Shown in pieces: positions 60,339 through 64,000 of a stretch of DNA of 64,000 nt. The notes below the pieces were generated by a model, which saw nothing but the letters and a program-made list of their open reading frames with translations, was not told the origin of the DNA and ran no database searches. Location of the stretch: positions 18,742,871-18,806,870 of the forward strand of contig NC_092676.1 of assembly GCF_964355755.1 (NCBI RefSeq), in the 5' to 3' direction. Source of the DNA: Antedon mediterranea. Lineage: Eukaryota > Animalia > Echinodermata. Numbering within the stretch: the first letter of the stretch is position 1; the number at the start of each line of letters is the position of its first letter. Position numbers and translations under genes: made by a program.

Positions 60339-63300
60339 GAGCCATTGTCTGTAAAAATCAAAGATTTGGTGGCAGATGTAAAAAAATAGATTTCTCTCAA
60401 ATTTTTACCATGAATAGACATTTCAATAAAAAGCATATCTACAACATTCATTTTAATTTTTAGCCTCCGTTGCCATGACAACGGTCAATTATCCAAATTT
60501 TGATGTTTTTGCCATTTTTCACAGATTTTCTATAGTGAAAAAGTACAAACTTGTATACTTATTTTAACCAAAAATACTTACAGTATACAGTTTTTGTTTA
60601 TAGCAGTGTAAACAACATGTATTGAGTTCCATTTAATGTAGAAAAAAAATAAATTACAAAATGGAGTTTGGTTGATACCATTATTTCAAAAAGGTGTGTT
60701 TTTGAAAAATATTTTTTTTATAAAAGTATACCTCATAAACGTACCTATAACTTCCAAAGTGGTTTTTTAAATCAATGAAGTTTTTTAATTTGATAGTCAA
60801 TAGGTTTGTCAACAATAATCACAAAAAAAATACTGGGGTAAATTTTGTACATAGGTTTTGTGTTGCCAGGAAAATACAAAAAATACAAAAAATATAACAA
60901 AATATCAACAAACAAAACACATGAAACACAATTTAAATATGGCTAATCCAATAATAAAATGTATATGTGGCTTGTCATAATGCAACTAGAGTCATACGAA
61001 TAGTTTAGATAAAATAGGAGAATGTGTTGCCAGGTTTATTTCAATTAATTGCCAGAAAAACAGTATTTTGCATTGAAATATTTAGTTGATGGAAAACAAT
61101 GTTAAACTTGGAAATAATTGCGTCAATGGTTTTTATAAATTTTTTAATCTATTTTGTGTAAAGAGATACAGAAAGACCTCCCAAAAATCTGACCTTGTAA
61201 ATAGGTCATTTGAGGTCAAAAGGGGTCAGAATGCAAAACAGGACAGGTCCCCACTTTACTACAACTACAGTATTAATGTTTGATCAAAATTTACAAGATA
61301 GTTCATAACAATTTTCATAATTTACCTACAGTGTTACCTTAGCAACCATTTCTATGTGTAACTAAGGAAAGTAATTTTTTTTAAACGTAAAAAATGGCGT
61401 TTTTATAAATACAAAGAATTGATTGCATTTGTAATTTTTCTCAATTTTACTTCTACTGCATTCCATTAATGACAAACTTGACCTTGTAAATTCATTCATT
61501 TTGAGGTCAACATTTTACCATAGTAACTGTTTCTATGCGAAAATTTCAAAAAAATAAGGCGTTTTTCATAAATACAAAACATTTTTTCTACATAGTTTTA
61601 CGTTTCTACTTTTTGCCAAATTTACTTTAAATACTGAATCCTAATAATCTCAGAAAGAAAGTCTTGACGAATCTGAATAAAGGTTAAAAAAAAATGACCT
61701 TTAGTGTTATCTTAAACCTGTTTATGTAACAAATGATATTAAAAAAAAAAAAATTAAATATGGAGTTTCATGAAAAAAAAAAAATTTACATATTGAGGTC
61801 AAATGACATCAACATTTTACCTATAGTGTATTGTAGCAACTGTTTCTATACGTAACTAAGTACAATATTTTTAATATGGGGTTTCATGACTACAAACAAT
61901 TGATTACATAGCTTTACTACATTTTCCCAAATTTACTTATCTACTGTGAATCCCAGAAAATGTCTGACCTTGTGAAAGGGTCATTTGTTGGGTCAAGTTA
62001 TGTCAAAATGTATTATTTATATTATCTTAGAACCTGTTTCTATGCATAACTAAGGATAATTGTTTTTTTAAATACAATTGAACCTCCCGTAAGTGGCCAC
62101 CCTCGGGACCTGGAAAAGTGGCGGCTTACGGGCGGTGACCCCTTACGGGAGGTTCTGCCGGTAAAGGGCCAAAATCACTTATTATGGCTATATACGATAT
62201 TCTTAACGAAACGAGCCTCTCAATTTTCCAGCTAATTGTAGGCCTATTATTATTTATAATCAGGTGGTTTAGTATTTTTTAGCATTTTCAGACAAATTAA
62301 AAAAAATGTTATATGAAAAATGGTCGGTCGAAATCTGTGTAGTTTTCTCATCTCTTCATAGTAATGTTTTTAAAACCTCTTCAAAATAAAGCTAATATAT
62401 AAAGAAATACAATAAACATGCACCTCTAATTCATAAGTCCATGCAATAAGTATCACTTTTTCGATTGGCCGCTTACAAAAAATCTCATTTTTAGTATAAA
62501 AAGGTGCCCGCAGCTGCTTACGGTAAGCACCAAATGCACTAATTAGATAGGAAGAACAAACAGGCTTTTCAAAGTGCGTCCATTAAGGGAGGTGGCCGCT
62601 GTAAATAAAATATGGGGTTTTCATGAATAAAAATAATCACAGAAGAAAGTGCTTACGAATATGACCTTGTGAAACGGTAATTTGAAAATGCAAATAAGGC
62701 ATGCCTGCTAATAATCTACAAATTTAAATTTGTATGAGATAAATATGCAAAATCTAAAGAATATCTCATTTTTAGTTACCATAGTAACTGTTGCTATGCA
62801 TAACTAAGGGAAATTTAATAATTATCAGATAATTATTAATTAATAATTAATACTGAATCAAACCATCACAGTAAAAAAAATATAGAATTTAAAACCAATA
62901 TTTAATAATAAAGTGTGATATTTTACATGCTGACCTTAAATGAAATGAAATTTCAAACCAGGGCTTCAATATTTGTTATGTAGCATTAACATACCTGAGT
63001 ATATCATTGACTTTTGATTGGCTCTATTTTGGGGAGGGGAAAGTGGTGGATCCAGGACTTTTAAATAGTTAGGGGGTTGAAGGCGAGGGTCTAAAAACTT
63101 AACTTTATGTCCTATCTTTTGCATTGCAATTTTTAACTTGGGGTGGGTGGGGGCTTGGAGAAAGGGGAGGGGGTGGGATGGAGGTGTTTGAATCCGTTTA
63201 TTCATTGGGGCGATAGTAGCGGCAGTGTGGGTGGTGCTTGAATGCATGCATTTGACACTCTATAGTGGATGATCGACCAAAGTGTTGCAGTTTATCTTTC

Positions 63301-64000
63301 TGTGGTTATAGTCGGGATCGGGGGGGGGGGGAGGGGTGGTAGTTGAAAGTGGTGGTGGATGGGCATGTGGGATCTGCTTAGGTTAGCAAATAAAAGAAGT
63401 AAACAAATGAAAGAGGAGCTTTAAAATAAGAGAGGAGTAATCTGTTGCAAAGATTAAAATTCACAACGATCTGATAATTTATTCAAATTTCCAGAGGATA
63501 TAACCTATAAAATGACATTAAAACTGGAAATTACAGAATCTATAATTAAAAATTAATTTTTTTTCTCACAACACAACTAGAACTATATAAAACATTAAGA
63601 ATTTTTCTGACCAATGAGTTTCAAATCAAATAATCAAAGAAAATAAAATGTTTTTACTAATATACCATGTTTTTTTTTTATAAAAATGCCTATGTTTCTC
63701 GCAACACTGCTTGTAGATTTTAAATTTACCCCAGTATTTTATTTTAGAAATCAATTATTAAACATTAGAACTACCTATTTGTAATAAATCAGCTAATAAA
63801 ATACACCACTTTGGGCGTTATGGTGAAGTAAAGTTTAGTTGCATTGAACCATTAAAAAAAAGTGAAAAACACCCCTTTTTAAATAAATGGTATCTCCCAA
63901 AGTATGAAATAAAAAAAAATAAAAAAATTTGAAACAGGTACACAATGCATTGTTATTATGCATACACTAATTATTTTTTATAATTAAATGAACATCACAA
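60339..64000. mobile_element. Large non-autonomous DNA transposon with long degenerate TIRs (Sola3/Kolobok-like); right end beyond the window
   Basis: Begins TTAA|GAG; 60600-60880 is an inverted match to 63690-63970 (e.g. AAATACTGGGGTAAATTT / AAATTTACCCCAGTATTT); internal degenerate tandem repeats at 61190-62810. Confidence 0.55.
62075..62601. mobile_element. Tc1/mariner-like MITE nested in the long-TIR element
   Basis: TA-CAATTGAACCTCCCGTAAGTGGCCACC ... TAAGGGAGGTGGCCGCTG-TA; internal CTTACGGG repeats. Confidence 0.6.

Overview
AT-rich invertebrate animal genomic DNA, probably a deuterostome such as an echinoderm (inference from the protein sequences and repeat types). There are three spliced protein-coding genes, all on the + strand. 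(1) The 3' ~848 codons of a dystrophin gene, in 18 exons from 13 to 29537, covering the last spectrin repeats, WW, EF-hands, ZZ, coiled coils and the ancestral delta-exon-78-type C-terminus. (2) A nearly intronless class C, metabotropic glutamate receptor-like GPCR (50687-54018, 877 aa). (3) A 4-exon, 116-aa divergent NTF2-family gene (55183-58414) that the ORF track only shows in fragments; its presumed promoter/5' leader is one arm of a perfect 118-bp inverted repeat. Intergenic DNA is rich in transposon relics. The most striking is a 7.3-kb nested stack at 41186-48480: a Helentron-type HINE contains a palindromic Academ made of two transposase 3' halves, which contains a Tc1/pogo MITE, which contains a TGT..ACA foldback element. 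Other relics include a Penelope-type hairpin with a minimal hammerhead ribozyme, tRNA-derived SINEs, an L2-like fragment and a satellite built entirely from hairpins. Candidate alternative exons and microexons lie in the long dystrophin introns. All coordinates were read by hand; TE family assignments rest on recalled terminal signatures, not database searches.
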